From Kudoa neothunni (lineage: Eukaryota > Animalia > Cnidaria): 64,000 nt of DNA. Location of the stretch: NCBI GenBank assembly GCA_964304625.1, contig OZ199838.1:12281843-12345842 (forward strand). Reading direction: 5' to 3'. The notes under the pieces are model-generated. The model was not told where the DNA came from and ran no database searches. It saw nothing but the letters and a program-made list of their open reading frames with translations. The translations under genes were made by a program, and so were the position numbers. Positions within the stretch are counted from its first letter, which is position 1, and every line of letters begins with the position of its first letter. This document shows, piece after piece, positions 37,746 to 52,592 of this stretch.

Positions 37746-39520
37746 CAGTAGGTAACCGATTTTCTGTAACTTTTTCGCGTGAAAAAATAAATAAATAAAC
37801 CCATTTTAAAGAAATTAATTTCATTTATACAATTATCTACTTTTATTGAAACAATACGTGATTTTATGTTATTTTTAATTATATTTTTAAATGTGTATGC
37901 CGTAATTTTATGATGTTAACTCATTATTTCGTCCAAAAAATCAATTCCTCTCTGACATATATTTCTTCTTGTTTAAACATTTAAATGAATCTTTTGATGA
38001 TATAAATTCTACCGCTAGTTCATCTTTAGCTTCAAAATTAGCAGATTCAACAATCAGAGGAGTAAGCTCGTCCAAGTGTTTTGATGCAGGCATAATGACT
38101 TTCTCTTGAATAATCTCGGAATTTCCAGCTGAGAATTCATTATTGCTAAAATTAATATTTGACAAATGTTTGAATTAATTGGCTGCAGAAAATCCATATT
38201 TTCTGAAACAATTAAATGCAATATCTTTCGAAACATCGTCCTATTATTTTTTAATTAGGAACAATGTTTTATGCGAATCTTGGTAGGATGTATTTGTCCC
38301 ACTGCTAACTGCAGCAATATGGCTTTCTATTAACTTATTTTTGTAATTTTATTTGAATGAGAAAACGATTCCAGGATCTGATAGTTGTAAAACGCTAGTT
38401 GAATTTTTTATAAGGAATATAAGAAAGGTATTGGACAAATGAATTTCGACGTGGCAAGTGCCATTATTAAGAAGTATTAAACTTTCTTGTATTTCGGTTT
38501 GAATACATTGTCAAAACTAGAAAGATATTTGTTAAATGTTTCCCTAGTCATCCATCCACTCTTTTTTGGTTGAATTGTATTTTACTATAAATGTTTTAGC
38601 ATTTGTAAAACAACGTAGTTTTTATGATTTCCAGTCACAAGAGATTCAATGCAACTTCCAGGCCTAAAAGCACGTCGCAAAACAGTAACTATTTTTTACA
38701 TTTTTTTCTTTTAGAATTTTGTTGTCTCGACAAAACATAGCATTAAAAATAATGGACATCTTTGTTTCTAGTATAATAATACAGTTTCGTCAAGATTATA
38801 GATACAGTCGTCGTTGTTACCTTTGACTTAGTCATTCAATTTAGATTACCAATTTTCCGCAAAACTTTACTCAACGTAAGCAGCGTTACAATAGTCAGTG
38901 ATATTTTTAAATTCCATCGTGATTTAAAACCAAAAACTCAATCATGGGTCATTACTACGCTTAGGTTCAATTCTTTTGTCAATTGTTTTCTTCCATGTAT
39001 GATATCATGAGCAGATAGTTAAATTTTTTTCTCTCGAGTAATTCACTCAGTCATATACTAAAAGTATCGATGTCGTGATTTGAACAATGATTCAAATTTT
39101 TTCTACCTGAAGAAACCAAGCCAGTTTATAAGATAAAACTATATCATTCTTCCTAATCAAGATGATATCTAGAGTAGAAATAGAAGGGAGCTTAAATTTA
39201 CGGAAAGTAGTATTTTTGCACTCCTGTTTAATATACTTTTGAAAAAATCAATAAATTTATATTTTAGTTTTATTATTTGTCATTTTTAAATTTTCTAGAC
39301 ATTATAAATGTACAAAAGGCACACCACTAAATCCGCCTACAGCTGAAAAGTTACGGGAATTTGGTTAAGCGCTATTAATAGAGAAAACAACTGTCCAATG
39401 TTCAATTTTCAAAATTTGCGTAAATTATTGTTAAAATCGACAAATAAAATCAAATAAATAGTTTAAAATAATATTTTAAGAGAGGAAAGTCTGAAGTTAC
39501 TGAAAATCGGTTACCTAATG
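37746..39520 (-). mobile_element. pogo/Tigger-like transposon with a pseudogenised DDE_1 transposase
   Basis: 27-bp TIR CAGTAGGTAACCGATTTTCTGTAACTT (2 mismatches) with TA TSD. Minus-strand motifs IYNLDETVL, KKSGWMTRETF, LLNNGTCH, NSTSVLQLSDPGIVFSFK. Confidence 0.9.
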
Positions 39521-39987
39521 TATAATGTTTTGAACAATATGATCCCAGTAAAATTCTATTTTTGGAACAGATATCTAATGTTTTTAAAATATTTAATTGA
39601 AATAATGATTCTTAAACAGTAAATATAAGGATTTAAATATAATAATAGTATAATTGGATCCTAAATAACAGAAATAAAAATAATTATATTTGTGGAAGTC
39701 GTTATGATAAATAAGAAATTTATTATCGGCCAAACGAAAGAATATAACGATACTTCTACAATTTAAGGGTGATTATGTGTTTACAATAGTTTGGGTCTAT
39801 ATTCTATACAATTCCAATGGAAAATATCTACAGAAATATATCATATTAGCGATATATAATAACGCTAGGATAAGGATATAATGTGTAATATCTTAATACA
39901 TTAATATAACTGATGAAATATTACTATTTAATTAAATTTTTAATTGACGTAGCCACGCATTGGAACCACAGCGTGATGTTTAATGAT

Positions 39988-41201
39988 TAGGCCTTTAAAA
40001 AATCCAGGGTCGAGGAAAATTTAAAAAAAACGAGGGTGATTATTTGTTGAAGTGATTATTATTAAGGATTTGGATATTGATTTCATGATTCAAACGTTTT
40101 GTAGTTGTTACTAGTTTTTTCGAACATTTGGATGGATAATACATCTCAGTAGATTAATTATATTAGTTTAAAACGCTTGGAACATTCAACCATGCAAAAA
40201 TATTAAAGTGGCTTATAAAATATGACGCAATATTTCACTATATATTTTATACCACTTTTATATTGTTGAAATAAAAAATAACATATGCTTTTAACATGTT
40301 GACATATATAATTGGTTTAACTTAAAATGTTCAAAAATAATATATTTTGATTTATGGCGATTACTCTATTTTAAAGTTAATTTTAATTAAAAAATAATCA
40401 TTTATTTAAAATTATTTATAGTTACTTAACGTATATAAATAAAAATATAACTTAATAAAATAAATTCAAAATTTCCATGTTTGAATTTTAGAACAAACAT
40501 TGTTATAACAATTTTTTAATCATGAATAAACTATCCAAAAAAAATTATAAACCAAAAACCGCATTAAGAAGTGCTATCGTTAAATAGAAACATTTTTGTT
40601 CTAATTCAGAATAGAATAAATCAGAAAGTTTTGTTTTTAAAATACGAAGTCAAGATTGAACATTTACAAACTTATTACTAACAGATACAAATAAACAAGA
40701 ATTTGGTGAATAATTAAAGACTTCGAATTTGTTAAAATTATCGAGAAATAATAATCTTTTGACGTATTTTCAACAACAGAGATTCCATGTGAATCCGAAT
40801 GTGCTCGACTTAAGATTTATTTCCAGTTTGTAGGTTATTCTTTTTGATCTGAATTTAATTACATAATGTAATTTTTGTGATAAGATCAAAAATGAATAAA
40901 CCTTTAAAACGAAGTGAATTAACTGGCCGAATTGTAGGAAACGACTTTATTTCCGATTTTGTAAGCGACGTCGCCCGAATTTCTACACAGATATTGTTGT
41001 ACTGTAGTTTAGCTGATATTTTAAAAGAAATAAAATAGTTTATTCCAAAAAATAATGCACTGCTGAATTTTGATACGAAAATTTCTCCTAATATTGATTA
41101 TAAAAATCCACTGTGAACAAATCACACAATCTTGTTAATACATTGACTTAATCTCTTCGAAATAGGTAATAATCCTTCTACCCTCGATTTTTGAAGGCTT
41201 A
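39988..41201. mobile_element. hAT-type non-autonomous element with a perfect 8-bp TSD
   Basis: TTAATGAT on both sides (39980-39987 and 41202-41209). Imperfect TIRs TAGGCCTTTAAAAAATCCAGGGT / ACCCTCGATTTTTGAAGGCTTA. Confidence 0.8.
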
Positions 41202-43596
41202 TTAATGATCCAAAGTTTCTAAAATCTTGTGACCATTTTTTAGTGGTATCAGACCAAAAAACACGGTTTTCATTATCGGCAAAGAAAACAGTCCGTTATT
41301 TTAGGAGTTCTTATTAACTTTCTAATATATTTCACAAAGGAAAACATGAATAAAGACTTTTAAATTTGTCCAATTCTAATATAATTCAAAAGATTATTTG
41401 TATTAAAGGAAATCATAAAATTTTTTGGATCGATACGATATTCCTCTCCTCTTAAAGATGTTGTTTGTTTAAATAATATGAAAATTTCATTTTTAACCAC
41501 CGATAACCTAATCGTTGCAGTTCCATGAAATGGGTAAAATGAACACAGTAAAAATCATGCATCTTCAATCTCCGTGATTTTAAAATATATTTAATTACTA
41601 AACAACTGTGTAGTGTTTAAAAAATCAAAATATACGTTGATAAACACCTGAGAAGACAAGTACAAATAAATTTTAAAAAATTATATTTATTAATGATAAA
41701 TAAGTTTAAAACATTCTCCAAATTTTTAAGTCTCGATATCAAATGAGGATATCAAGAGTATAATATTAATAAAAAGGAAAACTTTAATATGTTGTAAACA
41801 TAAAATTCTTTAATTCAATTAGATTATTTAGGAGCTTAGAAAGTAAACCAAATTTGCCTCCGAAGTAAAAATTTAGCATCAGTCCCTAAAGATGACTTTG
41901 ATAATTCAAGATAACGCGAATGATACAACCACAGAAATAACTATTGTCCTACTATTTCCTTTTCAAGAAACGCTAATAATTTTAATAAATATTTATTTAG
42001 CCGAGGATTTAGGTCTGTAGCTTGCACTCTATGTTACAATGGGTCGGTTATTTTTGCTTCTGCGTAAAAGAGTAACTCAACCAATGGAGTCCAATTATTA
42101 CAAGAAACAAACGTTATAACAATATAAAAAATAAATAATTAATTATGAAATTTTTAGTGGTAAAGTGGGTGTTAAAAACTAACCTAAATTAATTGTTTAG
42201 GTGAGAGGCTAAATGTTGCGTAGCATATTCAGATCATGAACTTACGTCTCTCGAGTTATTACTTTCTATTAAAAATAAAAAAACTGATAATTGGAAAATA
42301 CAACGAGAAAATATAGTTCATAGAACCAATAAATTTTAACCTCATCTGATTATAGCATTAAACTTACTGCTGGCTTTTTTCATGACTAAAATAACAAATA
42401 TGACCATCAACGAAACAGATTGGATTAATAAAATTCTTCTATACGTAAAATAATGATCACAACAAAGTCTGTAACGCGACATAATCGCTTCATAGAAACC
42501 ATCCTGGATATATACTCCAGATGCAACTGGATTGTTAAATTTAATAAAAATAATTTATTAAATATTTCCTTAATTTTTTATATTTCATTAGACCGTTTAT
42601 TCAATATTAAAGGATAAAAATGTGAAAATTAGACATGATAAATTTGAAATATTCTTCACATGCTCCATGAGTGGTCAGAAACCCTCGTCCTATACAATGG
42701 TAATCATAATAAGCATTGGCCTTGAGATATTAATGATCTAAAATTTTTGCCATAAAAATAATACAAAAAATCATAGGTGACTCATATTATCTTATCTTTT
42801 TATCTTAGAATGATGTACCTAACTTGTTTATTCCAAAATAGATATTTTCCTATTCATAGTGAAATTTTCCTGTCCATCCTACTAACTTTCTGTCAAATAC
42901 ATCTATTTATTTTTCTCCTAACAGGAATAGCGTTTTCCAATCATTGAAACACGAAATAATCAAAATTTTGAAACTCTATACAAAAGATATTATTTATTCG
43001 AAAGATCTAAAAAATTTTAGTATTGGGCGAAAAAACAAAATAAACATTTATTTTAATAAATATAAACGTATGCAAGAAAATTAATTGGTCCTATGTGCCA
43101 AATTAGATTGAGCGCGATGATCGATTTCTTCCCACAAATTTGCGCTGCTGCACGCACACATCATTGTTTGGGGAGCACCCATTATTTCCATTTTAAATAC
43201 CCTAGTGCTAATGCCTATTGTAAGTCAGTATATGACAGGAATAATTAACTAGCACAATATTGCGTTCTAATATTGAAATCATTCATACTAATAGTTCATC
43301 ATATTTCAAATATTGGCAAAAATATATAAAAAATCATCAACTAACAATTTAGTTATGATAAATGAAATCACACCAGAAAAACTGAATGCCATTCACACCA
43401 TAAATAAAATAGAATTGAAATTATCCAACAAAATTTTAAAATATCCTTTAAAACGAATTTTAACTGCTTCATTCCAGTAATGTTACAATAAACTAACTAA
43501 ACTAAAGACCTAATATCAATTAAATGGATTATTATTTATGTATCAACCGAAAAAATATGACGTGACATATACTACAATAAATGAAACGAGGGGTGA

Positions 43597-46500
43597 CTAT
43601 TGCTCTTTCTTTCGAAAAAGAAAGTGTTGTTTGTGATGTGACGATGCTTTGGAGGGATGTGACCTTTTCTTTTTATCAAATTCCAGATACATTAGGCCAT
43701 CACTTCCCGAGAATTTGGAAAGTGCACTTTTTCCAAATCTTTGAGACGATGAGCTATTGAGAGACAAATCTCTATCGGTGGTGCCATCGTCACTCTCCAA
43801 TACTTCCTTATCAGTAGCAGCATAGATCTAGAATAATTACCAATTTCGAGCATATAAAAAGTCGCTCTAATAATTCACTTTAGCTATAAGTTCTTGTTGG
43901 TCTTGTTTTGACGAGTAATACAAATTAGGCTAAATAATGTTGATTTAACGTTCTTTATTCAAAAAACCAACAACAGAAAGTACCGTTTTGTCCACTTCAT
44001 CAATGATATTGTTAACAACTTTATAACTGTAGCCTTGGTTGATAAGGAAACGTTGTCTCTTGGCAGCAAAAACACTTTCTTCAGTGTCACTCGAAATAAG
44101 ACTGTAAAAGAAAGCGTTATATTCTTCAGCAATAGATTCTAATAAAAAACTAGTACGATCACAGTTATTTCAAATTAGTCACCTTTTTTTGCTCTTAAGA
44201 TTCTTCCCAAACGTTGAGCTTCTTGTCTTCTAGAGCCACCATGAGAAGAAATCTAATAAGAAATGTAGCTATAATAACCGCCAAATAATTACTTGTATCA
44301 GCACATTAGCTTCAGGCATATCAAATGATGTGTCTCCAACCTTAAAAATTAATTGAAAAAATCCGAGCAATTATTCCATCACTATACTTTGGAAATAAAT
44401 ATAGTGTTGACTAGTGGATTATTGACAAAGTTTTGGATAATTTTTAGGCGCTCGTTTTGCGAAGTAGGTCCATAAATGTATGGTCTGAGTGAGGAATTAT
44501 AAAAAATGTTACTTAAATAAGAAACAACTTGTTGAGACGTATAGCGTAGAATTTCAATGCGAAAACATTATCAGAAAACACTATAATTTTGTCATTTCGT
44601 TGTTCATGGTATTTGATTAGAAACTAACATCAACAGAATTCAGCCACGTAGTTCATAGCACAGTGTAGATTGATTACTTGGCAAATTCGGAATTTATTTG
44701 GATTCATCAAATAAAATAACTAAATTTCGAACCATTAAAATAGAAAAACATAATAAATATAATTTAAATTTTATATTATCCTTATATAAAACAATTCTTT
44801 TAACAACAAAATAACAATTTCGTTATTTTAATCAGCGATGGAAAATACCATTCTTCTTTTAGGGGAGTGTTTCAAGTATTCTGAAAAGAATTCCGGAGTC
44901 ATTGGACACCAAACTTCGGCGCATTGTACTCTTGCAATGTAACGATTCTTTTGCAATTCCATCCAATTGGCTTCGTATAATTTTGGGCCGATAAGAAAAT
45001 TCAAATCCTGAATTTTGTCGTCCTCTCTCACAAGTGTAGCAGTCAATCCAATTTTACAATGAGCATTGATAACTTTAATCAATTGGATTAAGTTAGATGG
45101 ATATTAGAAGTAGAAAGTTACTTGTTAACACACGCCTAAAATGCCTAGCAGGTATAGTATGTACCTCTAATTTTAAAATCTTAGAAAACATGTAACCACG
45201 GTGAGGTAGATACCATCGAGAATCATTAGACCCCATTCTTTTGATTTGAGAAATTCGAGAATCTGCTCGGATTCAAACGACCTTTTGGTGCTATGGGAAA
45301 GCATAGTGTACGTTGTGATGGCGACCTGACAAACTAAATAAGTTTTACATAAGTGATTAGTCACCTGTGTAAAACCTTTGTATTTGTCTTTGGAGTCGGA
45401 GGTGAAACGGCAAATTGTGGAATCATCAATAGTGGACCATAGGCGAAATTGCGATCTCCATTGTTCGACAGAAACACCTAAGATCAAGGGTGATAAACTC
45501 ATAATTGTTTTTGTGTGAGGTAAATGGTTACCAGAGTTGCAAATAACTAAACACTTTTTCTTAACTGTACAGGCAGCGGTTACGCCGACAAGCGATTTCC
45601 CAGCACCACACGGAAGCACAATAATACCAGATCTAGCTCGACCATTACCAAACACCTTGCTAAGACATTTCTCCTACAAACAACGTATAAATCGACGAGC
45701 TTTGAATCCATAAAATACTTGATATGGACGTAGGATTGTCATTGGTTTTAAGTCAATTCTTGAGATTACACACAAATTAACTCACCAAGTTACAATTGTG
45801 CTATAACATAAATACATAATATCGGGGTTGACAGTGTCATTTTTAAAATCATATTCAGCCAAAAGTGGATAATCCAACTCAATACACCTAATAACATATT
45901 AAATCTCAAATTTTTCATATAAAAATGAATTAAAAATATTTAAATGTTATACATTTAATACTTTTAATACTTTTAACTTATAATAAAAGTCTAATAAAAT
46001 AAGTTTCCTTTAATAGAATTTATGGAATTTTTGTAAAAATGAATAATAAATATTTCAAATAATTTCCTAACATGACCTAAGAATATTAAACACTCAATAA
46101 ACTATCGATTTAATTTGTTTATAAATTAATTTTTTTATGTAAATATAAATAATGATTTACCTTTTAAACGACAAACTTTTTTTTTGCTAGCGTTAGGCGG
46201 TAAAGTTAAATCCTATGCCAAGTACGCTGCAGGGTCAATATTTAAATTTAAAAATTATAATCTATAATCTTAGGAATTCCTATTTATGGGTTACGAATAT
46301 AGTTCAATTTATAAAACAAATTAGATTTAATTAATCTCTACATACAATTATATTTATAGAGAACAGAAATTGGAAAAATAGTCAAATTGTACTTATACAC
46401 AAGATTAAATTTTATCGGGTAAATAAACAGTCTCATAATCAAAATCCTTATCTAAAAATAATATTTCAAACTTGAATTAACAATTATTCATGTTAATTTT

Positions 46501-48132
46501 AACTGTGGGATTTTTAATCTTTAGATCCGGTTCAAAAAATTCCGCGGCCGTTAGGCATACGTATAAACAATTAAGAAAGAGTAGTTTAGGATTCGAATTG
46601 CACAGAAATTAGGATTAGGACAATTAAAACTGGGAAAGATAGAACAAGTGAACTTAAAACTTGGGAAATTAAAACTATGCAAATGAGAAGTACAGAGATG
46701 AAAGCTAGGGGAATTAGAATTAGCAAAACTAAAATGAGATAACATTAAAAGCTAAGTAACCTTCGTTGTAGATCTTCAAGTTTGTGTTGCATAACTTCGA
46801 ATGAAAATAATTCCCCGCCGTTTGTGTTCTAAAGCAAGAAAAATTAAATATATTTCATGAATTTACAATATAATAAAGCTTCTTAAAGCAAAAATAAAAT
46901 ACAATCGAAGATAAAATTGATAGCTCTTGGTTGTTGGATTTAGAGTCGAGTTGTTTAGCCTGGGGAGTATCGCCGTTGTCATCAATCAAAAGTGAAATAT
47001 ATTTTTGATATTCTACATCTTCGGCTGAGACACTTTTCGATTCCTTCGATAATGTAAAAAGCGCATTTAATATACTTCTTACATTTGAAGGTTGTTGTGT
47101 GTTGCTTACGGAAATATTCTATGAAATTATTAATAAAAAATCCAAGCAACTAATCAATACTCTAATTGACATTAGCTTTTGTCGTTGTGGTTTAGCACGA
47201 TTGGCGGCTTCTTTATTGTATCTTAACCATGCAGTTGTAAACGTTTAGAAAAAATAGCGCAAGTTACTTGCATTCACAAATGACTGAATCTGTTAACAAG
47301 AAACTAATATACTCCTAATTAAAAGAAACGTTGTTCTAATTCGCCCATTGGAACAAAAAATGAAATACCGCTTTATGACTCTCAACATAATATTTGTTGT
47401 GTTTCAACACAAGTTTCACTTTTCCATAACTTACGGTGCACAGCTGAAAACAGTATTCAATAGTTGTTAATTAAATTAAATAGATAACTTTAATAAACTC
47501 AATTATCCCACTAGGAATGTTGGTTTTGCACATAAGATTTAAATATTTGATAATATTCTCAGTCTAAGCAAAAAAAGTTAGACCGACTATGACATTAGAC
47601 GCATTCGGAATAACGAATTTTCAATTACATCAAGTCCAACTGAAACGGCAGCATAAAGCGAGTATGCTGTCATTCTTACAAAATAATTAATTGCTATTAT
47701 TCTATCGTAGCATACTTATATTCGTGAATGTATTCAGGTCTACAAACAGGCTAAAATTTAAAAATAATAAATACAGTATTGCGGCGATTTAAATCACCTC
47801 CGCGATAGTTAGAAGAAAATCGTGCGCTTGTGTAAAATGGGGAGAAAACGACTCCAAATATATACGTCCATTTGGTGCAATCCATATAGGACGAGAATCG
47901 TGATCCATTTTCAATTCTAACATTGATCGATAATCTTTAAAACCAAGCGAATTCTTAAAACACTCATTTAGACCATGTCAGTATTAACCAATCAATAAAT
48001 AATGACTTTTTCAACGTTATCAAAAATTGTGCGACCCGCTGCAGTAGGTATTAGTGCTTTTTCGCTATCTTTTTTAAGACCAATGACGTCGGGGCTTTCA
48101 GAGTCGTCATCTTTTTTATATTTGCTGGACAT
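43597..48132 (-). CDS. ERCC3: TFIIH DNA helicase/translocase XPB, multi-exon
   Basis: [110 protein letters not shown]. No frameshift seen in the exons checked. Confidence 0.98.
46566..46753. repeat. Degenerate 15-bp tandem array inside the long XPB intron
   Basis: Units GACAATTAAAACTGG, TGAACTTAAAACTTG, GGAAATTAAAACTAT, AGAGATGAAAGCTAG, GGGAATTAGAATTAG recur in 15-bp register (about 12 units). Confidence 0.7.
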
Positions 48133-51082
48133 TCCACCCTAAACGCATCCATAAAACATAATTAATATCCTTTCATTCTTATTAAAAATGAATTAACTTC
48201 AACTTTTTAAAGTTAGTCCTTATTTCGAATCCCCTACGCAATCAAACAAGGGGGCGCAGTCGCACTTATCGATTAATTCATGTTGTTGTGTAAATCTGTT
48301 TGAACCACCGGAAAATTACTCTTATAGTGAATTTAGTCTTAAAAAAATTTATTCATTTTATTTTTAAACTCCAATAATTTTTTCTGCAATTGTAATGTAT
48401 GTTGCTAACGCTGGCGCGCGCGCGCACACCAACGAAAACCTAATTTCAGTTAAAAATTGAATAACTTACGCAATATTTTAGGTCAGTTTTTGGATAAATA
48501 TTTTCCACTTTTACAAAATAATTTATTTGAAAAATGCTTCTTTTACACTTTTTTAAATTATCATTTAAATTCAGCAGATGAACCTTCGTATAATTTACTA
48601 TTTATTATTTTCTATTTTTGAGATCATTTTATGAAGAAAATGGAGGAATGAATTAAATTCAACGAAGAATTATATGTATAGTCATATTAAAATCACGTGA
48701 TATAATTCCATTGATTGAATTATCTAACATTTGAGTCAATAAAATAACTGACGTAGAAATTAATTTTAAATTGAAAATTATACAAACTTCTGAATTAGAT
48801 TTTTTTCAACTAATAACTAAGAGGTATAAATGTTCATTTATATTGATTAATTGTTAACGTCGGATATGTCTAAAAGATACTTAATTATGAAATTAAATGT
48901 CTTTTAAACAGAAATAAAATAGTTTGAAAATTTTTAAAACTTTCGATGAGCTTGATCAATAAATACATGGAATTCCTGCAATGAGAAAATTCGTAGGGAA
49001 TTGATTTTATTTACACAGAGGCCCAAATATTATTAATACGTTGATGATCATTATTTAAAATTTTGTGATAAAAATGTAAAACTGATAAAAATAATAAAAA
49101 TATATAATTTGGGATGTTTTTTTATGATAATACCTTAGTCATTAAAATAATAGTGTTTTATTCCTCGATTTTGTTTGAATTTTAATATAATTTAAATTCT
49201 GTTCTATTTATTGTCAATTAAATACGCTGAAATAAAATGTAATATACAATAATAATTTATCTAGATAAACCTGCGATTAATAAGATAAAATTTACTTATT
49301 TGTAACATCGAAATTTTGATTGAACGCAAGTTGAGTTGCAATTATTAAAAATTTTGACTAGTTAATTTTTTTCTAATCTAATATCGCTAAGTATTTTTTA
49401 AGTAGGAAAGTAACTAAAAATGGCACACTCACGATGTACATGTGATGATGATAATTAAAAAATTATTTGTTAATAAATTAACACATAATAAAAACTAAAT
49501 TTGATCTAAAATTCAGCGGGTCGCAGAATAAATGTTCGCAACCTCATTTAACCCATCGCTGACTTAGTTGATTTTATTTAAAATTATTTATCTAGCCAAG
49601 AGTCTCGTTTTGAATGTATTATTGCTCAAAAAAAGGAAAGGTCTGAAAATTTTCTCTATTATAACTTCTATTTATATGTTGTCTCTCGTTGAAGCAAAAT
49701 CTTTTTTTCCTGCTGATGTATTATTTGTAAAGAAAGTACAGATTTTTTTAGCATTGTTTACCATTATATTTTTAAAATCTGTTTTAAATTCCTTATTAGA
49801 AGGAGATGCAGAGTTGAGCATGTAAAAGATAGATGATGAAGGAGTTGAAATAAATCGGGAGTTACTGGTTTAGAGAATAACCAATTATTTATAGTGTATT
49901 TTCTTAAAATTAGTTAATAATTATATCAAGATATTTAGCGCCCGATTCTCAATTTCTAATCGATTAAAAATCCAATAAATGTTCTTTTATTAGTGATTTG
50001 TGTGACTAATAGTGTTAAAACTACAAAAATCCGATTAGGGGCTACAAGAAATGTTTAAATACTAATAAAACTTTTGATAGAAGGTTTTACACTAAAATTT
50101 TGTCTCCATTAATTATTTATTTCTTACATTTTCTAAATTTGAGAATATAGAACTTTCTGAGCTTTATGCTTGATAGAATATTCATATTAGTTATACACAG
50201 TCCAAAAGGGGTGAAAGAAAGAATAATGTAAAACAATTGAAGTTGAAAGGCTTCATTGTAATGATAAGTTTGTTGGATGGGGATTTAACGCTCCAATTTT
50301 ACCAAATAATATTAAAAAAAGGGTTGCTCTCCATCAATATGGGAGAGACAGCGATAACTGTTTCTTGTAAACACATAGGAAAGCTATTTATTTCAACATC
50401 TATATTAAATAATTTAATTGATTTCCCCAATGTTTAAGCTAATTTTCTTCGTTAGTAGGAAAGATTTTTGAGAAATTCGTGTGACGAGTCGATTATAATT
50501 ATTGTCTATATCACATTAGACTTTGAATTTTTTACAACGTTATTTAGGAATCTTTTTGTGGTATTGGATGAAAGAATCTTGAAACTAATGCGTACATAAA
50601 CCCTACAGAGATAAAAGCTCCAAAATAGGTTCATTCATGCCTCAGACAATGTGCTCATGTCTCCATACATTATCTATTATATCCCAACAGATAAAGATAG
50701 GTATAAATTGACAATTTTAGATGATAACTGATATAGCTGAAAATTAACCGATTAGAAGTCCATTACAAACGTAGTGACCAACCGTTAGCTACCCATGTAA
50801 GAAAAACTACTAATGTATAAGTTAGAAGACGAGACGTAAAATAATGTTAATATTGTTGGTTATATAAATAGATAATTGGCTTAATCAAGAACTTTGTACA
50901 TTTATTAGTATTTTTAGAGTAAACCCACACGTCTTGAAACCGACAATAATATTTCAGTTATAAGTTAGAATAAAGTGCTGCAGAATAATTTATGGATTCT
51001 ACACTAGAAAAATTTTAATTTTGAAGATCAGAGGAACACTAAAATTTGTCAATGTTAACAATTCTACGATTTATTTAATAGG

Positions 51083-52114
51083 ATGCACAGAAGTTACACT
51101 TCAGAGAAAAATCTCCACTCATGCGAAGAAAGCAGGAATGAAAAGTTCAACAACAAGAAAACTACCCCAAGAGCACAGAGCGATGATTCGACTAATGACT
51201 GTTACAATGGAAACTACTTAGCTATCATTCAAAACCTTAATGGGGAAATATCACATTCTAAACCCACTCTGCGAATTGATTCCAACTCATTACCCACCTT
51301 GAATGGTGTACAATCGAGTGTCGATGAGAATAGTTTCCTCTCAATAACAACTGAATACTCACCCAATTCCTCCTCAAATGGTATCAACTATTATTATTTC
51401 TATTATTCTCAACTAATTAATGATGTTTTACTGGAATATAATCTTTGATTAGAATTTAACGAGCAGAAACCCGACCAGGTTGAAACCTCCTTACCCACTC
51501 CTTATCTCTATTCAGAGTTGTCTGGTTTCCAAAAACATCCATACAAGTAATTTAAGATTGCACATTAGAACTTTCTATTTAATAAACCACCATTTTCATT
51601 AACCATATTCCCAGTTGTTATGATCGGAATCCTCCAGTTATATTGTTACAAAATGAGCATTTATACGGTATCTATTATGCGTGATATCAGAAAATTTTAT
51701 TTCGTTATAGATTATAGCCATTATCATCCGAATTTTTATAAAGTCGTACCAAACAGGTACAACGAGAAAACAGACGCACATACATCAACATTGTTGCATT
51801 TACGCTACAACAGCAACAACAACATAAGCCATCCTCTCAATAATCGACTTAACCCATATCTTCCATTTATGCTGAATGATCCAAATTATCTTAGATACCA
51901 AAAGAGGTGCAAAAAAGCTCGTCAACCGAGAACCATATTTACCAAACAACAACTATATAAACTTAACAAAGTTTACGACAAATCATCATATTTGACCTCT
52001 AAGGAAAGAATGGAGATAGCCAAGGAGTTAAACCTCGCTCAAACTCAAGTTAAAACTTGGTTCCAGAATAAGAGGTCAAAAATAAAAAAAATCATTATGA
52101 CTCAAAATTCATAA
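51083..52114 (+). CDS. Dlx: ANTP/NKL-class homeobox transcription factor, Distal-less-like
   Basis: Homeodomain RQPRTIFTKQQLYKLNKVYDKSSYLTSKERMEIAKELNLAQTQVKTWFQNKRSKIKK. PRTI, QTQVK and NKRSKxKK are Dlx-like. Four exons join in frame; the true start may lie further upstream. Confidence 0.8.
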
Positions 52115-52560
52115 TCACATTAAACTTTCTGCGATGCGTTATCGTATCAGATTTGATTTATCTTCTAATTGTTCTATCGATCTAGCGATGTCGTTCGTCA
52201 GAGTGTTCTCTTTCTTGCTTTATTCCTTCAAAATTTAATTACAGTTCAGTTTATTCGCAAACAAAACAAAATTGACTTACATTTTAAATGTAGAGTAGGT
52301 AATAACAAAATTTTTAAATTTGTTAAATAATTTTTTTTATTATTTTTTATAAAAAGAATAAAATATTTTATTCATTTTGGTAATTTGTTGGATATGTTAA
52401 AAGTCCCAGTAAATTTACTAATAACTTTGATAAAAACCACCCAACAACATTTTAATGGCACAAAATCAACTTCCTTAAGTGTAGATAGAAATAATATTCA
52501 CATTTAAAGTAAATTGCAGAAAATTTGATTTGGAATATTATAATGTTCCTTTATACTATA

Positions 52561-52592
52561 CTAGTGGGAACTGCCCAGCGTTGCTTGGGGAA
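52561..52592 (-). mobile_element. Helitron-type 3' terminus (hairpin + CTAG)
   Basis: Minus strand reads CCCAAGC-AAC-GCTGGG hairpin, CAGTTCCCA, CTAG, then T. Confidence 0.6.

Noticed and set aside
46551-46745. Pentapeptide-repeat-like ORF as an XPB exon
   Set aside because: The flanking XPB exons join directly (LQRR|CIELDYP); the periodicity comes from a DNA repeat.
48133-48145. TTTAG acceptor 6 nt before the XPB ATG as a spliced-leader trans-splice site
   Set aside because: Cannot be distinguished from a 5' UTR intron or chance without cDNA, and it is not seen consistently at other genes.
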